From assembly GCF_001194135.2 (NCBI RefSeq), contig NC_068981.1:61440314-61480490 (forward strand): DNA of 40,177 nt. The letters are read 5' to 3'. This DNA is from Octopus bimaculoides. Taxonomy: Eukaryota. This document shows, piece by piece, positions 11,478 through 22,740 of this stretch. The translations under genes were made by a program, and so were the position numbers. Every line of letters begins with the position of its first letter. Position 1 is the first letter of the stretch. The notes under the pieces are model-generated. The model searched no databases. It saw only the letters and a program-made list of their open reading frames with translations, and was not told the DNA's origin.

Positions 11478-13856
11478 TGACTACACAGTGTTGAAACATA
11501 GACGGCACAATACAAAGACAGACGACAACATATGTGGGGGGAAAACGAATGACAAACGATAAATTGTAAGAAATTGAAAGGTGAAATGACAGCTACTCGA
11601 ACGCCACATCCAAGTGGTCTCATCGAACTCTTTTTAAAATACGTTTATAGTCTTGAGTCTCTTTTTCTGATGTTTTTTTTTCCTTTTTAAAAACATTTTT
11701 TAAAAGGAAAGCAGTTAATACACGATCTCAAATTTGTTTAACAAAGTATAGTCAGTGATGGAGGCAGTGGAGCAATCACCACTTCCAGTCCCAAAGGTCG
11801 AACATTCGACTCACGTGTTTCTCTCAACACATGATCACTTTCCCCGTCGATGAGTACACATTTCATATGTGGTGAAAAATCCCCGACAGGCATGTTCACC
11901 CTTATTACTGTCTTCATATTTTCTACCTATTTTGCAATTTCTTTCTCTTTTGTACTGTACATAAATATGAACACCATTTTTTGGGGAGGGGTTTGGGGAG
12001 TTTGTGGCTACTATGTGTATGTTTCTATATCTGAAGGGTCAGGGTTGGGGCCTGTGTCTGTTGGGCAGGATGAGGGTTGGTGTCTCAAGGGGTAGTTAGT
12101 TGGGGTAGAGTGGGCGTAAGATGAAGGAAGGGTGTGATAGTTTGGGAGCTAACGTCAGTAGAGTGGGTTTTCCTTATCTTCATCTTCCTCTTTCTCTTCC
12201 TCCTGGCAACCGTTCGTTCTCTTTTGACTTGTCACTTGTCTTTTCCTCCGCATTTGCCATTGCAGGCAGCGGACGCGCGTGTTCCATCACCACTGGTGGG
12301 ATCGCTGATGCATTTACGGGAAGTGGATGACATTCTATTTTTACGTGGTCCTTCTGGCCACACTTGAAACAAATGACTTCTACGTCACCCTATTTTCCTT
12401 AACATCCTGTAACACTTCACTAGGATGGGTCAGATAAACTACATACCCCTCCTTTTGCAAATGTATTTATACTTTTTTCATGTCCTGCATTTTGAACTTT
12501 ATATATTGTTTCACAGGGCTCTCCCTATCAATGAGCACACATCTCAAATAAGGGAAACATTCCGACCAGCAGGGTTACTCTTATGATTGACTTTAGTTCT
12601 TCTACCTTTTTCGCTAGAGTTGCTTACATTGCATCGTATAAAAATACAAAAAGCCGTTTTTGTTGGGGGGATCGGGGTTTGTGGGGTTTGCGGCTCCTGT
12701 GTGTTTGTAAGTGCATCTATGTGTGCACTTTCTGAGTCAGTATGGGGCTGGGCGAGGGATGGATGGTGTATGTGGGAGAAGGTTGGGTGCTAATATCCGT
12801 CCAGTAGTTAGTCCTCCCATTTTTTATTTATCCTCTTGGAGACGTTGGTCCATTTGTTCTCCTCTAGTGCATCTTTCTCTTTCTCATTATCCTTCTCATC
12901 TGTCTCTGCGTCTGTCTCCGTATGAGCTGGAAGTGCGGTGTCCATCCCCACTGGAGGAACCACCGGTGCCGGTGCTTTTGTGGGAGGTGTCGAACATTTC
13001 TGCCCTTCTGTGGCCTTTCTGGCCACACTTGAATCATCGAGGCTTCCTGCCCTCCATCACTAGCCTCGTTCTCTTGTCACCCACCAAAATATTGTCACAG
13101 TATTTCCTATGTCCCCCAGGAGCAGCCAGGTGGATCATCTTCAGCCCTTGCCCCAGCCAGTTTTGCTTTGGTATTCTTGAAGTTTGGACGATTGTTATCC
13201 GCTCCTCCAATCCTGATGTTATTGCCGCTACCATCCAGCCAACATCCATCTCTGCTGAGATTGCTTCCATCTTTGAAACCACGCTTACCGAAAGATATGT
13301 GTTACCACTGGCCAGGAACGTAATTTACGGCTGGATGTGTTCAAAGCACTTTTTTTTTATTTCAACACTTTTAGTCCCATCTATATTTCCTCTTTGACTA
13401 CAAGCGCTTTAAAGATTAACATTTTCTCTGCTAGGAGGGGTCAGTTCAATTTCCTAACTCTCCTTTTTCAGCACGTCCTCTTACTTCTACGAATCTTGCA
13501 TTTCCCACTTTATCTCCTCTCCTAAACGAAGGCAGCAAACGTAAATCTTTAGATACTTTTCCTTTTATTAACATTGGTTATCCTTTTTGCTCTTGACAGC
13601 TCCTTTTCTATGTTATCCACACATTCCATTAATTCACTCTCCGACGAATGAATACACGTCAGAAAGACTCAATCTTTCAAGACCAGTATTCATGTTATAG
13701 CAAAAGCGCTTCTCTCTTCAAACAAAGTGATACGATAACAGGACCGATGCAACGCAGCAAAACAATGGTGTATTAAACACATAATCACTATATTCAACAA
13801 TTCAACAATTGTAATATAACAAATAGACCATACTGAGCGTAAATAACGACACTAAC
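11478..13856 (-). mobile_element. Gag/ORF1-only non-autonomous LINE-like unit B (L1/Tx1-type ORF1), with an extra internal module and a second CCHC knuckle
   Basis: The 5' leader is homologous to that of unit A. The decayed ORF runs ..MDVGWMVAAI..LVMEGRKPR*FKCGQKGHRRAE(C) (broken knuckle at ~12990-13036), then a P/T-rich tail, KKVEELKSIIRV..RCVLIDRE, an intact CFKCGQKDHVKIEC (12330-12371), a second tail and a second IRVNMPVG..KCVLIDGE domain. The 3' UTR at 11478-11630 is homologous to 13878-14010 and 15690-15838. No APE or RT. Confidence 0.8.
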
Positions 13857-13877
13857 TCTAGGTGAACAAGTTTCACC

Positions 13878-15656
13878 TGACTGGACACCACAACGACAGA
13901 CAAGATAGCACAAATAAAAAAAATATGATGGAATGTGGAAAAATGAAAAAGTGGGATGAGGGCCACCCGAGCCCCACATCCCAAGCTACCTCATTGAACT
14001 GCTGTTTCCTTTCTAAAAAAAATGTTTACAGATTGAGTCTCGTTTCATTTTTCTTTTTTTCTTTCCTCTTCCTCTCTTGTATACCCTTTTTAAAACTTAA
14101 AAACTCTTACACCACGATACCAAGTGCGTCCAAGTCACTCTGGTCTACAACTGGAGGAAGGGAATCATCCACCACCTCCACTTCCACGGAACCAACATCT
14201 GACCCAAAAGTCTCTTTCAATTCACGATGGGTCTCCCTATCAATGAGCACATATCTCATATAAACGGAAGTACTCCCACCGGTAGGTTCACATTTATGAT
14301 CGATTTTAGTTATTTTCCCTTTTTCGCTAGTGCAGTGCTGCTATCCTTGCCTCGTATAAACAATACAAGTGCCGTTTTGGAGTGAGGGATTTTAGGATCC
14401 TGTGTTTTTGTAAGTGTATCTGTGTGAGTGCAGGTTATGGGTAAGTATCCGATGAGATTGAGCGAGGGACGGTGTCTGTGGGTGTATGGTAGTGGCTAGT
14501 ATCTGTGGAGTGGTTATTCCTCGTCTTTCTCCTGTCCCGCTTGGAGATGTACGTCCATTCGTTCTCCTCTGGTGCCCTTTTCTCTTATCACATTTCTCCT
14601 CTCCTGGTGTGTGTCACGGTATGAGATGGAAGTGCGGTTTCCTTCACCACTGGAGGTACCACGGGTGCTTTTGCGGGAGGCGAAGGGCATACTGCCCTTA
14701 TGTGGTATCGAGGCTTCCTGCCCTCTACTACTAGCTGCAATCTCGTGTTACTCACCAGAATGATATCAACAATACTTTCTATGTTCCTCGGGGCAGTCTG
14801 AATGATCATCATCAGACTCTTCTCTAGTCAGTTTCGCTTTGGTATTCTTGATTCTTGGACTATTGTCATCCTCTCCTCCAACCCTAATGTTATCTATCGC
14901 CGCTGCCACCCAACCAACATCCACCTCTTGTGGGATTTCTTCGACCCTTACCCTGAAAGTTCGCCTTCCAAGGTATGATGGTAGTAGAATCACTTCATCT
15001 GTCTTCAGGAAGGCCACGGAATGTTACCTGGTCATTTTCTCCCTTTTTAAACTGCACTTCCACTGAAGAATATTTGTAACCCATGGCCAGGTACGTAATT
15101 TACGGCTGGATGAGTTTAAAGCGCTTTTGGATTTCAACCCTTGTTGCCACATCTATTTTTTTTACTCTGACTAAAAACGTTCTAAATATTACCATTTTCC
15201 TCAACGTATCCTGCGTAATTCTGCTAGGAGGGGTCAGCAAAATTTCCTAAGCCACTTTTTTTCAACAGGTTCTTGTACTTCATTAAATCCTGTATTTCAC
15301 ACTTTATCTCCTCTCCTGAACCGAATGCAGCAAATGCAAATCTTTTGATACTTTTCCTTTTATTGACATTCATTATCCTTTTTGCACTTGACAGCTCCTT
15401 TTCTATGTTATCCACGAATTCCATTAATTCACTCTCCGACGAATCCACGCCACAAAGACTTAATCTTTCACAACAAGTGTTTATGTTACACCAAAATCGC
15501 CACCCCCCACTTAACCAAGGGGAAAATGACAGCAAAACCGCCGCAAGGCAATAAAACAACGGTGTATTAAGCACAAACAATAACAATATTCAACAATTCA
15601 ACAACCATAATATAACAAACAAACAAGCGACACTGACCGTAAATAACGAAACTAAC
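13878..15656 (-). mobile_element. Gag/ORF1-only non-autonomous LINE-like unit A
   Basis: The decayed ORF runs ERLSLCGVDSSESELMEFVDNIEKEL.., ILLPSYLGRRTFRVRVEEIPQEVDVGWVAAAI (RRM-like, typical of Tx1-type ORF1 as I recall), LVVEGRKPR-YHIRAVC (front half of the knuckle deleted), EWTYISKR, then YVLIDRETHRELKETFGSDV. It is colinear with unit B throughout. No APE or RT. Confidence 0.8.
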
Positions 15657-15689
15657 ACTTGGCGGACGGATTTCCAATTTATTCCTTAC

Positions 15690-15838
15690 TGACTATACAG
15701 TGTCGAAATACAGAGAGGACAATGCAAGGACAGACAAAAACACAAAGTGGGGAAGAAAACGAATGAAAAACGATGAAGTGAGTAAAAACTGAAAGATGAA
15801 ATGCCAGCCACTCGAGCCTCACATCCCAAGTGGTACTC
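15690..15838 (-). mobile_element. 5'-truncated third unit (3' UTR only) of the Gag-only array
   Basis: TGACTATACAGTGTCGAAATACAGAGAGGACAATGCAAGGACAGAC...CACATCCCAAGTGGT aligns with 11478-11620. Homology stops at ~15838. Confidence 0.8.
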
Positions 15839-15954
15839 CAGGGAGCTTGCCTTCCTTGTCAGTCATTACGATAGAGCTTTCAGTGGCTATTGAACTGCTT
15901 TGGCTCTTATTTCTGGCTATACTTTTACTGACTAGTGACCTTTGTCACTGTAGT

Positions 15955-15985
<31 letters not shown>

Positions 15986-17359
15986 NNNNNNNNNNNNNNN
16001 NNNNNNNNNNNNNNNNNNNNNNNNNNNNNNNNNNNNNNNNNNNNNNNNNNNNNNNNNNNNNNNNNNNNNNNNNNNNNNNNNNNNNNNNNNNNNNNNNNNN
16101 NNNNNNNNNNNNNNNNNNNNNNNNNNNNNNNNNNNNNNATATATATATATATATAAACAGCTTTTAAAAGAACTACATATTTTCGTCCGTTATCTTAGAC
16201 TGCGTGCCTAATTATTGAGATGTCGTGCTTAACCTGCGCATGTTAGACAAGTACAAATATTGGTTGCCGTTCACTATCATTATTCCGCATCTTATTGCAT
16301 CGTTTACATCTACTCCCAAGAAATTACTTTAAGCAAAAGTTATGGATGTTTACTGAAGATTCTTTGTGAAGCATTATTCGGTAAAATGGAGTAGATTTCC
16401 ATTTCCTATATGATATGTTTTCACGCCTCTTGCAATTTAACTTTTCGTGTGCATCAATCATATTGACAGTCCACGGATTTTATGCATTTGATTCATTTTT
16501 GCTAAGTATATCGAATATTACAACGATTACATTCGGAGAGGAGTTTTAGGAAATTCCTTATGTTAATATTGTTATATATCATGATGATCATTTTTATTTA
16601 TTCTTGCCAAATAAACACAATATTTATAATAAGAACAATAATAAAACTGATGCGAAGAACGAATATATAACGTATGATTATTTGGCAATATTTAAAAAGC
16701 AAAATGTCCATCCCGAAATATAACAATATATGTTTCAACACACAATTTCTAATCAGGAATCTTGCAAAATTAATACATAAACGTAACGTTATATAAACTC
16801 ATTGGTTTATCATCTCCAAACATTACAGAATCATATTATCGAATCAAGTATTGGCATTAGATATTTTCTAATGTTTTCTAACTATTTCCTTAAGTCTATT
16901 GTAATGTAGGCAACATTCCGTATCTGTTTAAGTGTTTAGAATTATGTTCACTCTTTTTAGGTATTATGTATTGTCTGGCATATTTATTCCCTACATAATC
17001 AAAAAACTGCATTCGGACGATTAGTTGAAGGATATCCAACTTGTGGAGCCATACCATAATTACATTCAAGACATTTCCTCAAATATAAAATCTTGTGTCA
17101 AACTAATATCAAATACCTTAATTTCAACCAAAGAATTTTGGTATGGAAGTAAGATAAATAAATTCAAATGAGGAAAATAAAGAAGGTAGGATATTTTTAA
17201 AATTTGAAAAGTAATTTTCGAAGAGCAGCGCAGATATTCAGCAGATAATATTGATAATATTAGCAGTAACCGGTATGTAAAAGCGGCAATTTTCAGATAC
17301 TTTATATAAACAAATACTGTGATCTTGTTCCGGTGATTTAAATTAGATCTGTTTAAATT

Positions 17360-18270
17360 TCTCTCTATCTCTCTCACACACACACACACACACNNNNNNN
17401 NNNNNNNNNNNNNNNNNNNNNNNNNNNNNNNNNNNNNNNNNNNNNNNNNNNNNNNNNNNNNNNNNNNNNNNNNNNNNNNNNNNNNNNNNNNNNNNNNNNN
17501 NNNNNNNNNNNNNNNNNNNNNNNNNNNNNNNNNNNNNNNNNNNNNNNNNNNNNNNNNNNNNNNNNNNNNNNNNNNNNNNNNNNNNNNNNNNNNNNNNNNN
17601 NNNNNNNNNNNNNNNNNNNNNNNNNNNNNNNNNNNNNNNNNNNNNNNNNNNNNNNNNNNNNNNNNNNNNNNNNNNNNNNNNNNNNNNNNNNNNNNNNNNN
17701 NNNNNNNNNNNNNNNNNNNNNNNNNNNNNNNNNNNNNNNNNNNNNNNNNNNNNNNNNNNNNNNNNNNNNNNNNNATATATATATATATATATGCGTGTGT
17801 GTGTGTGTATGTATGTATGTATATACTCATAATCACACACACACACGCACACCACACTCACATATATGTATATATGTATGCATATGATCATATGTATATA
17901 TACTTATAAGTATTTCTGTGTATGAAAGTACATGAACAAATATGTACACGTGCAAACACACGCACATGAATAAATAAATAAATATGTATGTGTGTGCGTG
18001 TGTCTATGTGTATATATTCATATGTATATATATATCTGTAAATATCTCTGTCTGTATGAACGTGCATGAACAGATATGTAGACGTACACACACACATACA
18101 CATATACACACACTTACACCGATACACAGACACACAGATACACACAGATGCACAAAAAAGCGCACGCACACACAGAAACACATACGCGATCACACACACG
18201 CACACGTAGACGCACTCACACACGTATATATATGCATGTATGTATATATTCGTTATGAACAACACATATA
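17360..18270. repeat. Microsatellite-rich tract (CA/TA/TG, degenerate AC-rich) around an N-gap
   Basis: Read directly from the sequence; N-gap at 17394-17774. Confidence 0.9.
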
Positions 18271-19064
18271 CACATCCATTTTATAAACACTTACAAGAAA
18301 ATTCGTGTAGAATTTTGTTTTATTCAATTATATCTTTCTTAAACGTTTGGATTATCACATTACCGACAAACTTGTATCTTTCAATTTCTGTTATTTGTTT
18401 AAGTGGTGAAATTTTCCTTGGAAAACCACTTGCAGATATTGAATACAAAAAAGTACAATTTGTAATATCTAAAATTTTAAAAACTGTCCAAATCTTACTG
18501 TATTAATGGTTTGTTTTTCCACACTTCACGTTCAATTGTGCTTGTAATCTTGCAAATTATTTTTGATTACTCGAAGTTGATTCTTCAAAGCCATTTCTAC
18601 ACATACGATGAAACAGGATCTACCATGCTACTAAGAAATGTGCCTTCGTAGAACACAGATCTATGTGTGAAGTCAATTTTTTCGTCTTGTGTTTTCTGTC
18701 ATATTCTCAATCCTAAACGGATTTCCTTAAGATAAATAGGCTGCAAAAATATTCAAATCATGCCGTGGATATAATTCTTGTACTGGGAAAGTTAACTCAA
18801 CCCGTACCCTTGTTAGGCCCTATTACCTTCTCGTGGTTACATTTATGGGAATTCCCACTTCCCTAATTATACCAATCAGGACACCGATCTTAGGAAATCA
18901 CCCTCCTTTCCAGGCACTAGTGTCAGAAGTTTTGGAAATGGTCTTATATAAATGCATACACACGTACCTCCTAATATATCGAGGGAATCGTACTTGGAAA
19001 GTCACACTAACACGCATATACAGAAACTCAAGAAAATATAGCAAAATCAGCTTCTGACACAACT

Positions 19065-19380
19065 GTCTCGTTAATGATGCTTGCTTTACAGCGAAATGGT
19101 TTTGCATGCAGCCTCACTACATGGCATTGAAGTATCATGTCTTTTACTGTAGTTCCAGATCGACCAATACCTTGTAAATGTTGTAGACGGAAACTGAGTG
19201 GAAGTCCATCATATATATGCGCGCGCGCGTGTGAATGTGTGTGTATATGTGCGTGTGTGTCGGCGTGCGCAAGAGTCTGTACTTGTGAAGCCCAGCGCTT
19301 GTAACCGGTATTGTTTATATCCTTGTAAGCTCGCGTTTTGGAAAAAGTGCCTGACTGAACAAGTACCAAATGCAAGCACA
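19065..19380 (+). mobile_element. Decayed tRNA-derived SINE (same family as 36210-36620)
   Basis: GCTTGCTTT..GACCAATACCTTG..GTAGACGGAAACTGAGTGGAAGTCC, then an internal TG-rich tract, then AACCGGT..GTTTATATCCTTGTAAGCTCGCG. The parts are in the same order as in the 36 kb copy. Confidence 0.65.
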
Positions 19381-19404
19381 CATTGTCAGTCAGTGTGCTT
19401 CCTC

Positions 19405-19890
19405 TATTTCTAGTGTTCGTTGCTGAAGTGGAGGTAGTTACTCCGAAATGCACACATCCATCGATCTGGATAGAGAACCCTCCGAACTCACTTGATGTGT
19501 TTAAAAAGAATTCCAAACACCTTTCCTGGTTCAATACCTCAACAGCTCCTTTATAGTATCCAGTGGCTAAAGATATCATCAGGAGGAACCACGTCCGATA
19601 TCAGCCCCTACTACACTACCGTTTTCGACGTGGTGTTTCCTCTTCCTTTCGGAAGTGTCTTTAGCTCTGATGTTGAGTGCGTTTGTTCTTTATCCTTTTT
19701 TCTTTTGTTCTTTGGTTTCTTCGATGCAGCGTCAACGAACGCCAGCGGGCGAACGACCCTCCTGCCAAGTTTCCCTTTAAATATTCGCCGCAGATTATTT
19801 CTGGTGTTCGTTGCTAAAGTGGAGGTAGCTGCTCCGAAATGCATACATCCGTCGATCTGGGTAGAGAGCCCTCCGAACACGCTGTGTTTA
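19405..19890. repeat. Two ~75-100 bp direct repeats (cores 19414-19488 and 19805-19879) flanking a ~315 bp unique core
   Basis: By hand alignment the cores differ at 8 of 75 positions; period 391 bp. Confidence 0.9.
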
Positions 19891-20452
19891 CATTGCTGTG
19901 TTTACATAGCAAAAATTTTCCTCTATGAGAAAATGCAGTGAATCGCTTTGTTCTAGTTTTGAATATATCTCAAACACATTTATACTAGTAACAACTTTAT
20001 GTTCATATATAGCCATACTTAATGGTACTCATCCATATTTGAGTACGGCCAGGCTTCTAATTCATATTTGAGTACAGTCAGGCAAGCAGTATATTTGAAT
20101 GGAGTATATTAAGAGGCTTAGCGTCTCGTAGCCAATTTGCAGCATCTCCTTTTCTAGCATTCGATGATGAAGAGGAGTGAGCTATTCTGACACGCATGCA
20201 TCTATCGACTTGGTGGAGGGCGCTTTGAACTGAGACGGTATGGTTAAACCTTCTTCTCTACAGTAATAATATTTCTCCACGACAAACTACCGTGAGTGAT
20301 TTTTTATGGGTTCGAATATGTCTTAAACAAATTTGAAATGGTAACATGTATGCATGTATATAAATCCTTCCTTAACGCTTCTAAACCGCATTTGACCTTA
20401 AGATTTTATGGAAGTCTGTGCAATATGCAAACTGTTCGCTCGCAATAAATCT

Positions 20453-20666
20453 AAGGCGGCGAAATGGCAGAGACGTTAGCACGCCGCGCAAAATGTTTAG
20501 TGTTATTTCGTTTGTCTTTATGCTCTGAGTTTAAATTCCGCCGAGGTCGACTATGCCTTTCATCGGGGCTGATACATTAAGTACCAGTTGCGTACTGGTG
20601 TCGATCTAATCGACTGCCCCCTCCCCCAAAATGTCGGGTCTTGTGCTTAGAGTAGAAAAGAATAAA
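20453..20666 (+). mobile_element. tRNA-derived SINE, near full length
   Basis: AAGGCGGCGAAATGGCAGAGACGTTAG (A-box-like)..GAGTTTAAATTCCGCCGAGGTCGACTATGCCTTTCATC (B-box-like)..GTCGATCTAATCGAC..AGTAGAAAAGAATAAA tail. Homologues lie at 3986, 34069 and 38665. Confidence 0.85.
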
Positions 20667-21378
20667 TCTGTATTCGTCTAAGTTCATGATTGTATTCACG
20701 CACGAGCTTGCGTGTATGTACCAATACGGAAAGTAATGCATAGTACATATAATAGATGTACTAAAACACTACATTATGTAAAAACACTTCGGATGTAAAA
20801 GAAAACATTGCTCTAGTTTTTACTACATTTCCTGAACATATTTTTTTCTTATTTTTCTAGCTACAAAATGCTAGGGACTCTTTCAGTAAATTTAATCGAA
20901 TTGTGTATTGAACAAATGCACAGACCTAGCGAAAAGGTGCGTAATATTAACAAGCATATTTGATGTGCGAAAATTGCTACATGTAATTTTTAGTGATAAT
21001 CAATTTATGGTAACAATATTTTTATTATACATTTTGTGTAATATTTAATCTAGTTGACACCTTCACTTAGTGTGAATTGATAACAATATGTTTTCGAATA
21101 GAATAAGTTTACTTTACTTTTGGTAACGAATATTCATTCTTAATGAATTAACATAAACTACTGTAAATGGGGAAAATATAAAGACACACACACTCACAAA
21201 CCCCGACATGCACACACGTGTATGTGTGTATATATGTGTGACTTAATATAACATATTGTTAAGAAAAAAGCAAGGAATATAATTCAATTACTCAGAATGA
21301 TGAGTGGGAAATAGAGGGCTTTGAGATAATAATAGTAAAAAAGAAGATACATGAAACAAATATTTTGATGTCACTAAA

Positions 21379-21384
21379 TTTATT
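21379..21384 (-). terminator. Candidate polyadenylation signal (AATAAA) of a minus-strand gene
   Basis: The minus strand reads AATAAA followed by T-rich sequence, at the end of a minus-strand T-rich tract (21300-22100) downstream of the candidate exons. The hexamer is common in AT-rich DNA, so this is weak. Confidence 0.3.
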
Positions 21385-22614
21385 GATACAATAACGGATA
21401 AAGAATTAAACTAAACATTAAGCAAAATCATACTTAAGTGAATATGAAGAACAGTGAATATAGTCAGGTACCCGTTCTCAGCTCTTCGCTCGATAGTTAA
21501 CTATGACGATTCCCCATCAAAAGCAGAAAAAAGCATATATGTTTAGAGTGCATACACATATATTTTCACAACCCCAACTCAATAAGTGGATGTATATATA
21601 TACCTATAACACAAGAAATAATATCTGACTCTTATTATAGAAACAAAAGGGTATATTGGACTGCAAAAGAAGTGCTCAAGTATAAATGAGACGAACATAA
21701 TGAAACATTGGCTATAGAACACACATTAAATGTGGGTCAGCGAATTTACATAAAACACCACCCTTCAAACATTTAATGATATATAAAAAAACACCATGTT
21801 CCACAAACAAAAAATATACATATACATAAAATCACAGAATGTAATATATATATGTATATATATTCTAATAAAATACAAATAGAGCGGCTTATCAAAAGTT
21901 AAATATAACGACTAAGAATTCAAAACTTTCAAAAATCTACAAATATAGGATGAATATAGTCCACCGAGTAAAAAGATTTTATCAGACGATTAAAATATTT
22001 TTTTAAATAATGATTTTTTTTCTTAATATTTAAAAAACAGGTACGTCCAAAGTTCATAAGTAAGCTAACCTCCACAGGTCAAATTCACATACATCTTGTA
22101 AAATGACATTTACTTCCCTCACACAAGTACGTTCAAAATTTACAAGTCTGTTTTTTTAACAACATTTATCGACAATCCCAGTAGATCTTGAAATCTGCCC
22201 CTTCGTACCGCGGAGCAATACCCAAACAAATTGGGAAATTAGTGATTAAATGATATAAAATAAATCATTCTATTAAATGCATGCCCAAGATCGAATAGTG
22301 AGTAAAGATATGAAATAATTAAACATAAACAAACGATATTAGAAAAACAGAATTAAAATCAACGAATGCGAAATATAATTAATGTTTACGGATATATAGA
22401 TGAAATTGACATAACTAGGTACAACCATTTAAGGGGATGCGTGCGCTTTAATATTTAATCTGCAGTATTTTCAAGATTATTTGTATAAAAACCAAAATGA
22501 TTTAAAGTACCCTTTAAGACTGCATACAAAGGGCTAGTGGCTACGCCTCGCAAGAAGATGTAAATCGACAGATTTATAGTATCAAATATGCACACGTACA
22601 TATTGTATAACTAA

Positions 22615-22616
<2 letters not shown>

Positions 22617-22660
<44 letters not shown>

Positions 22661-22670
22661 NNNNNNNNNN

Positions 22671-22724
<54 letters not shown>

Positions 22725-22740
22725 ATATATAAGTATATAT
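22617..22740. repeat. (TA)n(TG)n(TATG)n microsatellite
   Basis: Read directly from the sequence. Confidence 0.95.

Noticed and set aside
11478-15838. Interpretation as a tandem LTR retrotransposon sharing LTRs, or as telomeric
   Set aside because: The last unit ends at the 3' UTR without the leader half, the first is 5'-truncated like a LINE, and there are no TG..CA ends, PBS, PPT or TTAGGG arrays.
16165-16400. Promoter-like motifs (ACTACA, TGCGCATG, AAAATGG)
   Set aside because: Only partial matches to ZNF143, NRF1 and YY1 sites, and no transcript start can be supported from the sequence.
17210-17272. Possible plus-strand exon EQRRYSADNIDNISSNR ending AACCG|GTATGT
   Set aside because: Short, with an ambiguous acceptor and no phase-matched neighbour.
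18300-18506. Open frames on both strands (plus ORF 18240-18506; minus LDITNCTFLYSIS, LRR-like)
   Set aside because: No repeated LRR pattern and no convincing splice pair; AT-rich frames of this length arise by chance.
20156-20236. Acceptor TCTCCTTTTCTAG followed by FDDEEE and two possible donors
   Set aside because: All three frames of the 80-nt version contain stops, and a 19-nt micro-exon cannot be supported without RNA data.
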